Of a stretch of DNA of 64,000 nt, positions 50,524 through 64,000 are shown piece by piece. Both the position numbers and the translations under genes were made by a program. The notes below the pieces were generated by a model. The model had not been told where the DNA came from. It saw only the letters and a list, made by a program, of their open reading frames with translations, and ran no database searches. How positions within the stretch are numbered: the first letter of the stretch is position 1; the number at the start of each line of letters is the position of its first letter. The DNA is from Octopus sinensis (Eukaryota), in assembly GCF_006345805.1 (NCBI RefSeq), contig NW_021837025.1, forward strand, positions 186,001 through 250,000, written 5' to 3'.

Positions 50524-53471
50524 ATGTTTTCTTGTGGTGCAATATTGTTTTTGTTGTGTTTATCACATCTATCTGGTCAAAAGTGCCAAAGTTGTATCTA
50601 TAATATCCAATTTAGTATATGTCGTGACATTTGAAGGATATTTCACTCCACATTTTCTCCACAAACTGATAACTCGTCATCTCAGTCAATCACACGATTG
50701 GCATATTCTTCCACGAAACAACACAAGAACATTCACTGACTTTATACAGATATGTGTTAGTCGTTCCCACATCAATTCAAGTCCTGCTTTACCCCTCCAC
50801 AGCCAATATATCCCTTAAAAAGAATTTCTCTCCAACACTATTATCGATTATTTTCCAAACCAGCTAATTTTCCCGCCTCAATCCACAACATTGCCCAAGC
50901 ATTGGGAGCCCCCTCTATTTGGAAGACAGGGACAGGGAAGGGGGTCAAATTGGCCGTGTTCGACACTGGACTGACCGACAGACACAATTATTTTTCCCGC
51001 CAAAAAATAATCGATAATGTGGATTGGACAGACGAGGGGACCTCCAGAGACTGTGAGTGATCATTTAAACCAGCCCAGTGAACGGACATGGGACATTCAT
51101 GGCAGGGCTGATAGGGGGAGGGGAGGACTCGGTGGCCCCCCAAGTCGACCTTCTCATCATGAAGGTCTTCACCAGCAATCAAGTTGACTGTCCCCACCTC
51201 ACAAGGTCTCCAATACGGGCTGGTTCCTGGACTCCTTCAACTACGTGCTGTCCCATGGAGTGGACATAATTAACCTCAGCATTGGAGGACCTGACTTTAC
51301 CGATTTGCCCTTTGTGGATAAAGTTGTGTGGAGTAGTACAGGCAGGTTAGAGAAGTGGTGGCTGGAGGGGTCATTGTGGTGTCCGCTGCGGGAAATGACG
51401 GGCCAGTCTTTGGGAGTCACAACAGTCCGGCAGACCAGTCGGAAGTCATCAGTGTTGGCAGTATTGGATTGGATGGCCGAATCTCCTCATTTTCTTCACG
51501 TGGGATGACTCTGTGGGAACTTCCGTGGGGGATAGGTCGTACTAAGCCCGATTTGGTGACCTTTGGGGAAGGAGTGGTGGGGTTGGGGATCACCACTCCG
51601 CGGACAAGTCTAAGCGGGAGTAGTGTGTCCGCGGCTATTGTCTCGGGCAGTCTGGCTCTCCTCCGTTCCGTGATTCCTCTCAACCCCGGAAGTGCCCGAC
51701 AGATTCTGGTCGAGTCGGCTGTGTTGGGGGATGAGGGAATCACGGAACAGGGAGGTGGGAGGCTGGATCTCCTCAGTGCTGTCGAACATGCGAGAAAATA
51801 TATTCCTCGAGTCAGTCTGCATCCGTCCTACATTGATTGGAGGGATTGTTTATACATGTCTGACATATGTGGACAGTCTCTGTACGAAGGAGGACTCCCA
51901 GTCTTCATCAACGTGTCCATAATCAATGGTCTGAGTGTCACTAGTCGAATCACTTCCCCCGTAATTAAGCATAAAGGACGTGTAGCCTACGTGGGAGTAT
52001 AGTTCAGTGGGAGGACAGTTCATTCAGGTCGGGGTGGACTATTCACAGGTCATTTATCCTTATTTTGGGTATCTGGCCTTGTCCTTGTCTGCATTGCCGG
52101 GGGCTGTTTCCGGGGAGGTGGAGGGGAGTGTCGTGTTATTTGTGGACTCGTTGGGGGAGACTCAAAGAGTGGTTCTCCCCCTTCGAATATCTGTCGTGTC
52201 TCCCCCTCCTCGGAAGTAAGATTGGAGTGTTATTGGAAGTAGACGTATTCTGTGGGATCAGTACCACAGCATTGGATATCCCCACGGAATAGTCCCCTCT
52301 GATTTCCTGGGAGACGTGTCCTTTGATCGGTGGTTGTGTGCTGCTCATTTGCAGTCACGGGGACACAATTTACACTAACTTTCGGGAGTTGATTACTGCA
52401 TTGAGACAGGAGGGGTATTTTGTGGATGTTTTGAGTATTTTGTGTATTTATGGAGTAGCCACCCGGGTGACCTGTCCTTCTGTCAATCTTTCTGCATATG
52501 GTTGTGTGTTCTATTCATTGTAGGACTGTTCATGGTTGTGGACCCAGAGGACGACTTTGGTCAAGCTGAAATCACTTATATCAACGATTCTATTAAAAAT
52601 GGACTGTCTCTTTTCATTGTGGCGGATTGGTACAGTGACGTGATCCTCCAGAGACTGAGACAGCCTCCAATGTCTGGATTGGTGTGTTATTGGTAGATAT
52701 CCAATCATCGGGGGAGCCAATGTGCCTGCCTTGAATCGTCTTCTCCGTCCATTTGGGATTGCCTTTGGGTGGGGATTTATTCTTAGTTGTAGAGAGGGGG
52801 CACTATCTGGGGCATTTTTCTACAAGGGGGGCAAAGGTGGTGTGCTGTGAGTCACTTTTAGTATATATTGATGGGGGAGTGCCTATAATTCGGTTTCCTT
52901 CTGAGGGACGACTTTTTTCTGTTCCTCTTTTTGACAAAAGCAAAATGTCGAGTGATATGCGGACTGATCATTATATTGCTGGATTAGTCGAGAATGTCGG
53001 TGGGGGAGTCATTTCAGTCCTCGGGGACTCCTCCTGCCTCGACAGTGCTGGGCTGAGTTGTCTCTCAATGGCCATTTCCCTTGTCGGTCATTCTTTATCT
53101 CATCCACGCATTTCGTTGCCCGAGTTTATTCGCCCTCCACAAGTAGTCGAGTCCGAGGATGTCATTTTTGAGTGCAAAGGTGGGCATTGGTGACTTACAA
53201 GATTGTGGAGACCTTTCCCTACTTCGGGCCAATGTTCCGAAATGTGGGATCCTCACAATTCCGGCCAGGTCTGTGGAATCGAATGTCCCGTTGTGTTATT
53301 CAGTCTATTAGTAGATTCAAGGTCGCCACTAAGCCGTCGGGTTGGAATAATATTTCGTTTATTGCTGAGTCATCTGATGCACGTGAATATCACGGGAGTG
53401 TTCTGTTTGGGGTGTTCTGTGTTATTATTTGTTTATTACTTCTCATTCGTGTATGCATGCGAATGTGTTGA
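50524..53471 (+). CDS. MBTPS1: Site-1 protease (subtilisin/kexin isozyme 1)
   Basis: Signal peptide; [17 protein letters not shown] prodomain; [58 protein letters not shown]; C-terminal TM. Confidence 0.95.
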
Positions 53472-53946
53472 GGTTATTTTGCTAAATTGTGGATATTCTA
53501 CGGTGAATGTACAGTGCCTACAAATCAGGGTTGTTAAAAATCATGATTTTTATTTTAAAAATAAGATTTTTGGATTTAGACAATGCTAGATCTTTTATTA
53601 ATATTAAATAATTTTAATTTATTGTTTAAAATGCAATAAAAATGTATGGAGGATATAATAAAAGCAAAAAAATTTTACTCTCGCTTTTTGGGGCAATATG
53701 ATAAAAACGGTGCCTCAAACCGAGGTCGTACTGTACTAATTTTGTAGAAAGTCCAAGATGTGATATGAACGGATTAATACACGTGGGGAACTGGCTACAT
53801 TTTACCTTGAATAATCTTGATCAAAAATTTTAAAAATTAATTATTTTTTTCACCTACGGGTATCACCTTCAGCAGATTTAAATGAAAATGCTTTTTTACA
53901 TCAACTTGATTATTGCATAAATCTTTAATTATTTCGGGATTTAGAC

Positions 53947-56400
53947 CAGTGGTTCTCAACCTTTTTTAAGTCAGCACCCTTTTTTGACACAATTTTAAAG
54001 CTTAAAAATTTTAGCGCCCCCTTATTATCTAATTTATTTTTTCAATCATAGATTTATTTGTCAATATTTTCAACAATTGGCCGGAATTATCAGTTCCCTT
54101 ACTGGTTGAGCTGGTAACGTAGCTCTATTGCACAATGTGCTTCCTCGCGAATTTCTGTCTGTTATATGACTCATTTATATGTAATACTGCTTTTCAGCAC
54201 CCTGCACGTCACAAGACGGCATGGACTGGTCGAAGGATGAATAGCACAGGAGAATCAATCTATATATACAATCAAATTGATTATATTCTCTGTCGGATGA
54301 ACGACAAAAGCTTTTTGTTCGACTCACGCTCTTATGGAGGATCTGATCACAAAATCACGCTTTTGGAAATTGAAATGTCCAGGGCTCTTAGCACAATAAA
54401 CAGGACAAAGCTGATTGAGGTGTTACAACGCTTTTTGGATGAAGGTTCGGTTAGAGTAATTAGATTGATTCTCGCCAACACTGAACTTGAAGTAAGAATA
54501 AGAGAACACAAATCGATGAGTTTTGAAACGACACTGGGAACGCCTCAGGGAGACTTATTATCTCCATTGCTATTCGTAATATACTTGGAGTCGGCCTTAC
54601 AAGATCTAAGACCATATTACAAAGGTGAACCGAGGAAAAAATTTATGACGTGGACGTGATACCCGAAGACAAATCCTCATTAATAGAACTTCTCGAACTT
54701 GCACCGGAGCAATTAAGAAAATGGTTCCTTTATGTAAACAAAGAAAAAACTAATCTTGTGGAAGTAACAAGATAAAATGACAAAATCAATGAAAGATGGC
54801 GCAATGTACGACAACTTGGCTCTCTTCTGGGAGACAGTGAGGATATTGCAAGGATAAAAATGCTGGCATCTGCAGAAATGCACAAACTCTGGAAGAATGG
54901 CTATCATATGGATCAGCGAATGTTCAACTCCGGATAAGGCTTTACAATAGCTTTGTGAGACCCGTGTTAATGTATAACTTCTCCACTTTGGGTTGCACAA
55001 ATACGGAACTGACACGTCTTAACAGTTTCTACAGAGGACAATTGAGAAAACTGTTCAAAATGGAGTGGCCCTATAGAATATCTTGGGAGTCGTTATACAG
55101 AAAGTGTTCTACAAGGCCACTTTCCATTGACATTGCTGAATCCCGCTGGAAGCTATTTGGACACAGACTGCGAATGGACCACTCCGCACCCGCAAATACG
55201 GTGATGGAGGATTAATTCCAATGCGACAAACCACGGTTCCGGGGACGCCTTATTATTTTTTTCAGAATTAAAAAAAATTAAACATTTTAATGACTACTTG
55301 TGCCTGAAGAGAATTTGTTAGTTTCTTTATGTCAGCTGCACTATTTGACAGATTCAGTCTCAAATCTTTTCTATTCACAATTTGTTATTTATCTGTTGAA
55401 CAAGCAATAATATTGTCAAAGAATATTTCGTGTCTCCACAAATATTTTTCAACAGTTTTAGAGATTGTTAGTTCTCTTGTTTCGACTTTAAGATGTTCAA
55501 AAAAGTAGAAATTCTTCTTGAATTACATCATTTTGATTAATAAAACGTATGTAAATTAATAAAAATGCAACACTATCGGTAAATGTCGATTCATTAATTT
55601 GAATCGAAAATTTTGTTGTTCTTAAAAATGCACATAAAGTTTCTTCGATATCAGATACCATTTCATCAATTCTGGAAGAGACTGAACTATTGCTCAAAAA
55701 AATTGATGAAATTATTTGTTCAGAATCGAAATCAACCATTAAATTGGTATTATATTAAAGACTTCATGAGGTTTTCCTGATTTCTCTATCTATTGTGATA
55801 TTTTGTATGATACTAATAGGCCTTTTTCAAGTATCTTCGAATTTTTGTGAATATTTGATTAATCATAAATTTTCATAATTATATTTTAAATTAGAAAAGT
55901 AATTAATATCCGCATCAGGTTTCTCAGGATGACAAATCTTGAAATGATTTAGGATTCTTGAGAGCTTCATTCCTTCATTTGTAAAGACCTTTTTACACAT
56001 GAGACACATAGGAAATGAATTGTTATGGTCTTGGAATATCACTCCAAACTTTAGGTGTTCATTCGAATATATACGTCGATTATTTTTTATCAGACATCTA
56101 TTGTATCGTTAATATCTCTGTCGCAAGATGTAAACAAAATGTTGACATTTCGCTCAGGCCGGCCACACTTTTTTATAGAAAGATCAAAACAGAAAAAGAA
56201 CATGTTACCAAAGAACTAACTAATCCAAACGAAGTCATGTGTCTCTTCTTCTCCATTTTGCTCACCTAATTTTTGTTGTATGACTGTTGAAGATATCCGG
56301 TTCCGCAGTGATAACACGTCACTTGTTAATCCGGGTTGCATATTGGATGAAGGAACCTTCATGAAACCAAAAAAGTCAGACATCTATAAAATATTAAATG
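53947..56400 (-). mobile_element. Decayed Buster-type hAT element; one TIR seen, other end lost
   Basis: CAGTGGTTCTCAACC at 53947 preceded by ATTTAGAC. Minus-strand transposase remnants LSNSSVSSRIDEM..KFSIQINES..LLIYIRF..QEEFLL. Confidence 0.7.
54135..55250 (+). mobile_element. RTE-clade LINE remnant nested in the hAT element
   Basis: NQIDYIL, SDH, GTPQGDLLSPLLFVIYLE, QLGSLLG, RPVLMY, SRWKLFGH.LRM. Confidence 0.82.
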
Positions 56401-56559
56401 CAATTAACAAATATTTATTAATATTATCAGTAATTCAATAAGTTTAGCAATATCTGTATCAATATCGGATCTGTGTTCTTCACAAATTCTTGAAATTTTT
56501 TTTAGTAATTAGGCAGTGAAAAGAAATAGAAATAACTAGAGTGTCGCAGACTTAAGAGT

Positions 56560-57460
56560 CAGTCCGGCGAAGACGTACTGCAAATCAGGAGGCAGTTCCC
56601 GCGAAGAATCGAGACCGAGACTAAAGCCATCTCGTCATCCTCTGGTCATTGGTCTTTGATGCAATTTTTTCGCCAACCAGCCGTAACAACTTCTCAGCTT
56701 CTTTACCGACCGTCGAAGGCGAGGGGCACGAACTCATAGGCCTCCGAAAGCTGAGCGTATTTCGACATTTTCTTTTCCTCCGCAAGCGCGCGAGCATAGC
56801 CTGGCGAACATCCCGTCCTGGACAACAATGTCTCCTACAGGGAATCCACACAGGTCAGATCCCAAACAAGAGACCTACCTCCCCTGAATGGGAATGTAGT
56901 CATCCTGTCGGGACGTTTTCCATCACCCCGAAAGAGCCCAACCCAACCAACCGGTTCCAGGATAAACGGAAATCCCGGGGAATCAAAAGCCCTCTTGATC
57001 ACTTCATTGAGTCGAGAATGGCGCGGAAAACAACCAGCACTCCTCTTACAAGACAAGGCGTGTAATCCGTTTGAAGTAATCATGAAACCACATCGGCAAC
57101 AGTGCGGATGGCATATATCAAGTCCAAGTCGAATACACACTACGATGCAAACAGCCTCGTTCTTCAATAGTATAGACCGTTGGACGCCAACTGGAGAGCG
57201 TTTGGCCAGTCACCTGTGCTGGGCTGGCAGACGCAGTTCAAGGAAGCTAGCTGCATCAGATCGGCTTGCAAGCTAAGTGAACATCTGATGACATCCCAAC
57301 TCTTCTGCGAAAAATCAAGTCCGAGCGATCTCCATTCGCCAACAGCAACAGAGTATTCCGTAAGCTTGCCGAGTTCGGGTGAGTTTATAAGAACAGAGCG
57401 AACGAAATTTCCAGAAGCGGACAGCGAGGAGAGATAGCAAGATCTGTACAAGAAGGAACC
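56560..57460 (-). mobile_element. CRE-clade retrotransposon 3-prime region
   Basis: IRLGLDICHPHCCRCG..GLHALSC....G..PRH..LNEVIKRA, DGKRPD, LVWDLTCVD. Confidence 0.8.
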
Positions 57461-57829
57461 CTGATACCCCCAAAGCGGAGCGGGAGCGCAACACGAGAAC
57501 GTCCCACCTTAGTAAACAAGGTGTTCAGAAGGAATTGCAACGACAACGCAAAAGAGTCATCCAAAACAAGAAGTTCTTGATGTTAACTATAAAATGGAGA
57601 AGAGCAAAGCAAATAGGTCAGCCGAAGGATATAAAGAAAGTTTTTCTCTGCAAAACATATAGAGAAATTAACACTGCCATGTTCAACTGCCACTTTGCTT
57701 GCACTCAGACGCTGCATTACTCAATCCCGTCAGCAGACTGTTCTATTTGAACAATAAAGTAGTTGCTGAATCGAAGCTAAATACGAGGCAATCTCAACTT
57801 AGATTTATTGACAGATTTTTGTTAATTTT

Positions 57830-58960
57830 ATCGTTTCACTTTTTTGTTATAAGTAAATTTAACGACTTGTTTAATATACTCTGTTCGGTTTTTGGACGAG
57901 GGGTCAGTATCCCTCGTCCCTGGAGCAAATGGTCGTTGTTTTAAACATTTCTTTAAAGAGGTCCGCAATGAGTGAATGTAGGTTTTCACTTCCATACTTA
58001 AGTAGTTTTGGTCCTTGCCCATCTAGTCTTTGACTTTTATTGTTTTTGAGCATAGCACATGGTCTTTGAACTACTTCAAAAGTTATTTCCAACTTCAATT
58101 TCCTGGGATAGCCAGTAAATTCTAAAATCCCTTTGCTGATTTAAACAATTTCTTGAAATGAACGGCAATTAATACTGCTGCTTTTGTAGAATCTGCGATT
58201 CGTCTTCCATCTTCGTTATTTATGAACAGAGGTTGTAAGAGCTTCCATTGCCTGAATCTGTATCTCAGTCTCAATCCTTGATATAGAGGAAACACACGTT
58301 TTGACTTTCTTTATATTTTTTCTTTCGCAGCTAAGATATTCTTTGATGTGTTTGTCATCCGTATTTAAATATTGTAGCTTAATAGATTGTTATTTCTTTA
58401 CAAGGTTGTTCCACTTGGTGATGTGGTGTCAATTTCTGTGTATAGAAGATGTTTCTCCGCTGTTCCCGTATTGATTTTTGCATTTGCTTCTAGAGTTTGG
58501 GGATTGGTTGACTTGTTTCTACAGTTTTCAGATACGTATCAAGGTATTTCCTGTAATTATCCTTCGTTTGTTGTATTGACATTTTTTTTCCTCTTGTGAA
58601 TAACATGTGCCCCTTTGGTATTATTTTTGTCCCTGATTAGATGTTTATCAATGTCAATAATCGACCCCCCCATATGATTTTGCGTCAATGAAAAATGCTC
58701 ATCTTTAGCTCAACAAATTATGTAATCAATCTGGTTGTAAATGTTTACAAATTCGAGAATTCTTCCTACACCCTGTCTTTGTAGTTTTATCTATTGCAAG
58801 ATGGATAAACGCGGTGTTGAATATAAAAAAATCAGTTTTCCTGACAAAAATTGAAAGCAATGTTTCACCGACGTTCCGTATTCCTTCTCCGTGTTTTCTC
58901 ATAAAGGTTTAATTCCTTTTATTCCCACTTTAGCTTTAGTTTGGCATATTTTTACCATTG
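57830..58960 (-). mobile_element. RTE-like LINE remnant (endonuclease end and RT start)
   Basis: FFIFNTAF..., AKSYGG, and LKNNKSQRLDG..KLLKYG, similar to 54150-54350. Confidence 0.6.
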
Positions 58961-59689
58961 TAAGCATTTATTGTTTGGATATCTATTTACTGTTTTTTTA
59001 TTAAGGTTGTAGGAAATAATATAAGCCTAGTTTTACGTAATATGCAAGATCAAAGACTTTGAACAGTAAAAAAGTCTGAATCTTTTGGTAAGACCCACTT
59101 TAAACTTGAAATGGTATAGAAGGATCTTAATCTGATACAATACGACCATCCACGAAACAACACTAAAATTTTCATGCAGAGAAAAGTAAACAAAATTGAT
59201 TGGCATTTTAAGAAAATAAATATTGGCGATTTATTAAGTCTTTTTTTAAACCATGGACAAGATATCGGATATCCTTTATGCTGCACAATCAGCCTATCTG
59301 TTCTTAACGTATAAAACATTTTTTTTACTTTAATAAAGTAATGGAAATGATGATGAAATAAGTTGAATTGTTTATTAACGTAGATCGACGATTTAATCGT
59401 ATGATCAAGAATATAAATTTTCCGTCAATCCTCTCCGAAGGTATTACTCCGATGTGTTAGAGGCTCGGAAAATCCAATTACTTCACATTTATCTCCATTT
59501 AATAAAATCCCAGTTTTCGCAAATTCGGATTTTATCCTCGATAACTCCTCCAAAATCACTTCAAAAGGACCCTAAAAGTGACGTAGTCCAAAAACCAAAA
59601 ATTGACCAGCGAGGAAGTGGTGCATGCAACATAATCGACACAGACAGCGGATATAAGAGGTCACCCTGTTGGATTCCACACTCTGACCT

Positions 59690-60150
59690 AATGACTGCCG
59701 AAGAACAGTGGGCTGCTTAGCATGGAATATGCAAGAGAAACTATTGAAAATAACTCAGGACAGCGTTCGGCGACTGCCTCAAGCATGTGGTCCCTCCTGA
59801 CGTCATTAAAAGCGTTCTTGCATCAAGTTTGAAAAAGAAGAAAACATTCTTTGGCTTGAAAAACAACAACTGGCGAATAGCGTGGGATAGTGCTTTGCAA
59901 GCCCCTTTAATACTGACGCCGAATTGATAAGGCAAGAACTCAATTGGGGACAACACATGAGACATTATCTTGGAATCCAGGCGTCTGAATACGTTCCCAA
60001 CTTCGATCGGGCGTAATTCGCCATCACTCTTGCGAAGGGCCATAAGATTGGCAGAAAAGAGGAGATCCTTTGCTACTGCAGGTAAAGAGCCAGTAATGAT
60101 CCGAGTACAAAGCCGATTGAACATAATAGAGCACTCCCTGAATCAACTGT
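59690..60150 (-). mobile_element. CRE-clade RT fragment
   Basis: FSANLMALRKSDGELRPIEVGNVFRRL, YQFGV..G, FKLDARNAFN. Confidence 0.8.
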
Positions 60151-60290
60151 CAGAGAGAAAGTGAGGTCCCTCAAATGGATCGACTTAATTCCATAAATCC
60201 TACCACTGCTGAAAAGAAGGATCCTTTTTTTGTCAAATAAAATCAAAAATTTAAATAAAATAACTCTGTTACAAATTAAATAAAGAAAAT

Positions 60291-61513
60291 TTATAAGCAT
60301 TTTCGTACAAGTGAATGTCCGAAATTATCATGAGAACTAATTTCCTCCACAAAGACGTCGACTGGAACTTGGGTGACCTTAAGAACAGCCCGACGAAGGT
60401 CAGTATCGGCAGAAGTATTATTAGTAATGCCCCGATTCATGTCTTGGGAATAACTAGTTTGTTTAAAAGACAGCAGGGATTGGTCAGTCTTCAATGTGTT
60501 CAGAATTCCTTTCCGAGAGGGCAGGTTGACAGTCAGTCGAAAGAACACGTGGTTGTCCACAGACCTCTTCCATAAACTTTTGGCCTGTCTTTGATTCTTC
60601 ATTCGATATGTTTGTGTTGTGTATTTCCCTTTTTGTCCGAACTTGACAATAAAGTGGAGTCCTCTGTAGGACAGTTTGACAATCTTTAGCCACGTGAATC
60701 GGAACATCCTGAGACTGTCCAAATATATCACAATTCCAATGCAGCCCACTCCGAATGTAACTGCCAGTCCGTCGATTACTTCCCCCTCAAAAAATTCGAA
60801 ACTATAGCGTGGAAGTTTTCTGACAATGTCGAGGAAGTGCACGTCGGCCTCCGTGTTGGTAAGTTGATTCAACATTTTGTGGGCCTCCCGAATTGTGGCC
60901 AAGTATTCCATCGAGGGATTATCCATCAGAACGTAATTGATGGCCTTCTTCTGGTAGTCTTCGGTCATTTGGTACTCTCCCAACTCACTCTGAAGACAGT
61001 AGGAGGCCAAAAGTATCTGCACTCCGAAAGAACATTCGATTTTGTTTTCTTCAATGTCTTTCCGGAGTTGGAGACACAGCATGTACTTGGTCAGTTCATT
61101 CCCCACTTTGGTGGGGTCAGGGGGATAATACTTGACCCCAAACACCACAATCTCGTCTAAAATATTTGACCATAGCAGACACCTTTGATCGGCTTGTCCA
61201 TATTTAGCCATTTTCTCTCACTGAATCCCCGAGTAACGTAGAAGGAGAAAAAGTTGAAGTCCGTTATTCTGTGTTGGTCACAGAACATGTTCAACACAGT
61301 TTGTGCTAATGTGTTCTTCTAAAAACAATTTTTCAGTACAAATACGTCTTTGTCGATTGTGAACTGCTCTCCAGTCAGATGTATTACTACACAAGGCTTT
61401 GAAATGCCACTTAGTTTTTCTGGTCGTCTATTTTTGGGTGTTTTGTTCGTGTTTGTGGGCATCATTCGGTAAGAACTGTCGAAAGAAAGGTTGCTCATGT
61501 TAAAAGTAGACAT
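60291..61513 (-). CDS. Band 4.1-family FERM-domain protein; 3-prime end uncertain
   Basis: FGVKYYPPDP, TKYMLCLQLRKDI, LLASYCLQSELG, EAD..FL..VRKLPRY, FTWLKIVKLSY, LWKRSVDNHVFFRL. Confidence 0.88.
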
Positions 61514-61869
61514 TGTATAATAGAGTTTCCTTATTAAAGTTTCCTTCCTTTTTAAGCAATTACTTATCTATTTCAATTGGTTAACCATTTTAGAAATATT
61601 AATAAATTATTTAATTTGATATTTTATAATTTAACAAGTTATATTTCTTCGTTGCCAGATTATTAACAAATAAAATATTTTATACTTTTTTAAAAATAAA
61701 ATAAAACTTGGAAATTCCTATGAATGTTTGGCTCATGAATACAATATGGTTTTTGTGGTGTCAAAAACTCAAAATAATCTTGACATTTAAAATAATGATA
61801 CCGATACTCCACGTTTATATCACTACATCTGACTAAACAGTCAAAACCTGTGTGCATCTCAACGAATGT

Positions 61870-62020
61870 GCTTATTTATGCTAATGACGTTATTATTACG
61901 GACAAAGCAGTCCTTCCAGCAACATCGGAAATGAAACTAAAAATCCACTTAGAGCAAATAAAGCAGTGGATGGCAGTGAAGTACTTGACTCTGTCAATTG
62001 AGAAGTGCATGCTCACTTGA
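61870..62020 (+). mobile_element. Short LINE RT remnant
   Basis: LIYANDVII...LEQIKQWM...LTLSIEKC, a degenerate YADD region. Confidence 0.5.
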
Positions 62021-63809
62021 GTATCATTAAGAAGTGCAAAAGAAACTATTCCTATGAATGGTGACCTTGTAAAAAGCCAGTTTCTAGAGAAGAGAAGGAA
62101 ATAGCCATGGACGACTTAGTGAGTAAGGCCTCCTACTGGCCCTTAGCTTTATGTTCGGTATCTCTTTGCAAAAATAAACTTATCTTATGAATTGTATCGA
62201 CATATTAAAATGTCCATTTTAAGACATGAATGCATTTTAGTTACAAAAATGACAGATATTTATTTCCACTGACAAAACTCCATATTTTAAAAATCGTATA
62301 ATCTTAGATACCAATTTTGGCTAATTAATAGGAATGTGCTGTTTTTCATACCTTAGGTTTTCTCAAGTAATACAAAAAAACATAAATTGTACATTTGTTT
62401 ATCAAATATTGCTGAAATAAAAATAAAATATTTAGTCATACCTCTTTCCCCTCTCCTTTTTTTCTTCTGTACAGGAATGAGCACTCAAACGCTTCTACCC
62501 AAGTGTGTTAAGTAACCATTGTGGTATTTGGTGTTAGTTAATCGCATGTCACATAAAATAAAATGAGCTTTAGACTGGTGTTTTAGTTCTAACTCGGTTA
62601 CGAAATCGTATTTCCTTCTCTTCTTCATTTCCACTATCGGCAAACGACCACGATAACATTCTCCTCGGTTACCTTGTTGCGATCAACGGTCAACACTGTC
62701 CCACTTTTTCTGTTAAAGAAATTTCTATCTTGCATTATAAGAATAATAAATTTCCCCAAAAATAAGTTCAATAATAAACAAGACAAGTCTTATTCATTAG
62801 AATTGAAAATGAACTTTCCTAACTCCATAGCTAAAATTTGCCATGTTTTATGACCTTTAAAAAGATATCGTAATTTATAAGTGTTAAAAGTGCAGAGAAT
62901 AATTTACTCAAAGATAAGAAAATTTGACAAAACAAAATTCAATTTCTCAAATCTATTCCATGCAAACTGCAACATTTGTAGAAATAATATTCCCCAGTTG
63001 ATTATCAAATCGTACCAAGTCCATTATGACAAGTCAATACACGAGAGTGCCGAACATAAAATCAATCTTTGTAATAATTTAATAGTTTCCTGGATACACA
63101 ATCAGTAGCTCAAATGAGAACAGATCGACACCTCGGATTGCATATTCTCACATTTCTTAAACTCTACGCAGTACTGGCTTGTGTATGACCGTTGCTACTC
63201 AATTATAGGTCGACGGGGTCCTCCGAGTTGGCTTCTTTGCTGCGGAATACAAGGTTCCCTTTATCTCGTACTACTGCGTGTATTTGGACTTTTACGACCT
63301 TCCCTTCTCCTCATACCTCAGTCTGTCTGTTTTCGGAGCCCACACTTTAAAGGTAGCCCTCTCAGTCTTCGCCCTGGGGTCTTCCCTCCTTGTTTTTTTC
63401 GCAATCTCAAAGGTCAGTCTTGGACTTAGATGATTCAGAGAAATTCTAAGTTTCTGATCCCTCAAATAATTTCACACGTGATCACAGATGTGTTTGTCGT
63501 GATGCAATACTCCCGTCCAACTTGGATGGTATATATGAGTCGACTTTTCCATTGGTCACAAGCACACACATCCCCGAATCCTATAGTGATTTTTTATGCG
63601 TATGTCACTGCAATGCTACTTCTTTCGGTTGAATAGTGTCTCCCTTATCCCCTCAGGCTTATATGTTCTGGGGTCTCTTTGATGGCTACAAGTTTCTGTC
63701 CTCAAGAGTAGCCAAAGTTGACGATGCATATCTTCCTTAATTAATCTAATCTAACACTTTTTAATATAATATTTGAATATACAATAAAAATAGTTTGAAG
63801 AAGACGACA

Positions 63810-64000
63810 GGATTCCCCTTGCCACGAAGCAAAGACTTGGCAGGAGGTGCCTGGAACCATGTCTTGTAGAAATTTAATTAGAAGTTCTCGGCAAAGTCAC
63901 CAGTTTATGCCGACTGAAGAATATGGCTAGATGGAATAACAATGTGGAAGGAAGATGCGACTCTGGCAGAGTGCAAAGCGACGTGGACGTTGAAATCTCC
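63810..64000 (+). mobile_element. Decayed second copy of the RLE element 5-prime coding region, running off the window
   Basis: Collinear nucleotide similarity to 3753-3955 (CCTTGCCACGAAGCAAAGACTTGG...ATGGCTAGA.GGAATAACAATGTG). Confidence 0.85.

Noticed and set aside
62400-63700. Moderately GC-rich segments with short ORFs
   Set aside because: Many stops and no recognisable domain; probably old TE debris.

Overview
Eukaryotic nuclear DNA from a compact animal genome. The metazoan-type genes include C-type lectins, tetraspanins, PACSIN, a Band 4.1 FERM protein, DZIP1 and site-1 protease. Almost every gene is cut by ultra-short spliceosomal introns (21-36 nt, mostly 23-27 nt, one of 46 nt). 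This best matches published descriptions of dicyemid mesozoans, but the taxon is an inference. GC-richer, tightly packed gene blocks (about 7.1-13.2, 15.9-21, 23.9-28, 31.7-39, 41.4-53.5 and 60.3-61.5 kb) alternate with AT-rich transposon graveyards (RLE, CRE, RTE and Jockey-like non-LTR remnants; Buster-type hAT; Merlin). About 20 host genes could be modelled by hand. No rRNA, tRNA or CRISPR was seen. Most notable observations: (1) DNA-transposon transposases (Merlin, hAT) carry host-style 22-31 nt micro-introns. (2) The normally essential beta-MPP gene is hit twice at its zinc site, by a TSD-flanked Merlin insertion and a frameshifting deletion of about 51 codons. (3) A strong C-rich to G-rich strand-skew flip repeats gene after gene and also affects introns. 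(4) Many stop-free 3n micro-introns are present. (5) An orphan secreted protein has a signal/acidic pro-region/KR/polycationic layout. (6) A young ABHD11-like tandem duplication shows amino-acid-biased divergence. All counts and gene models are manual; no searches were run.
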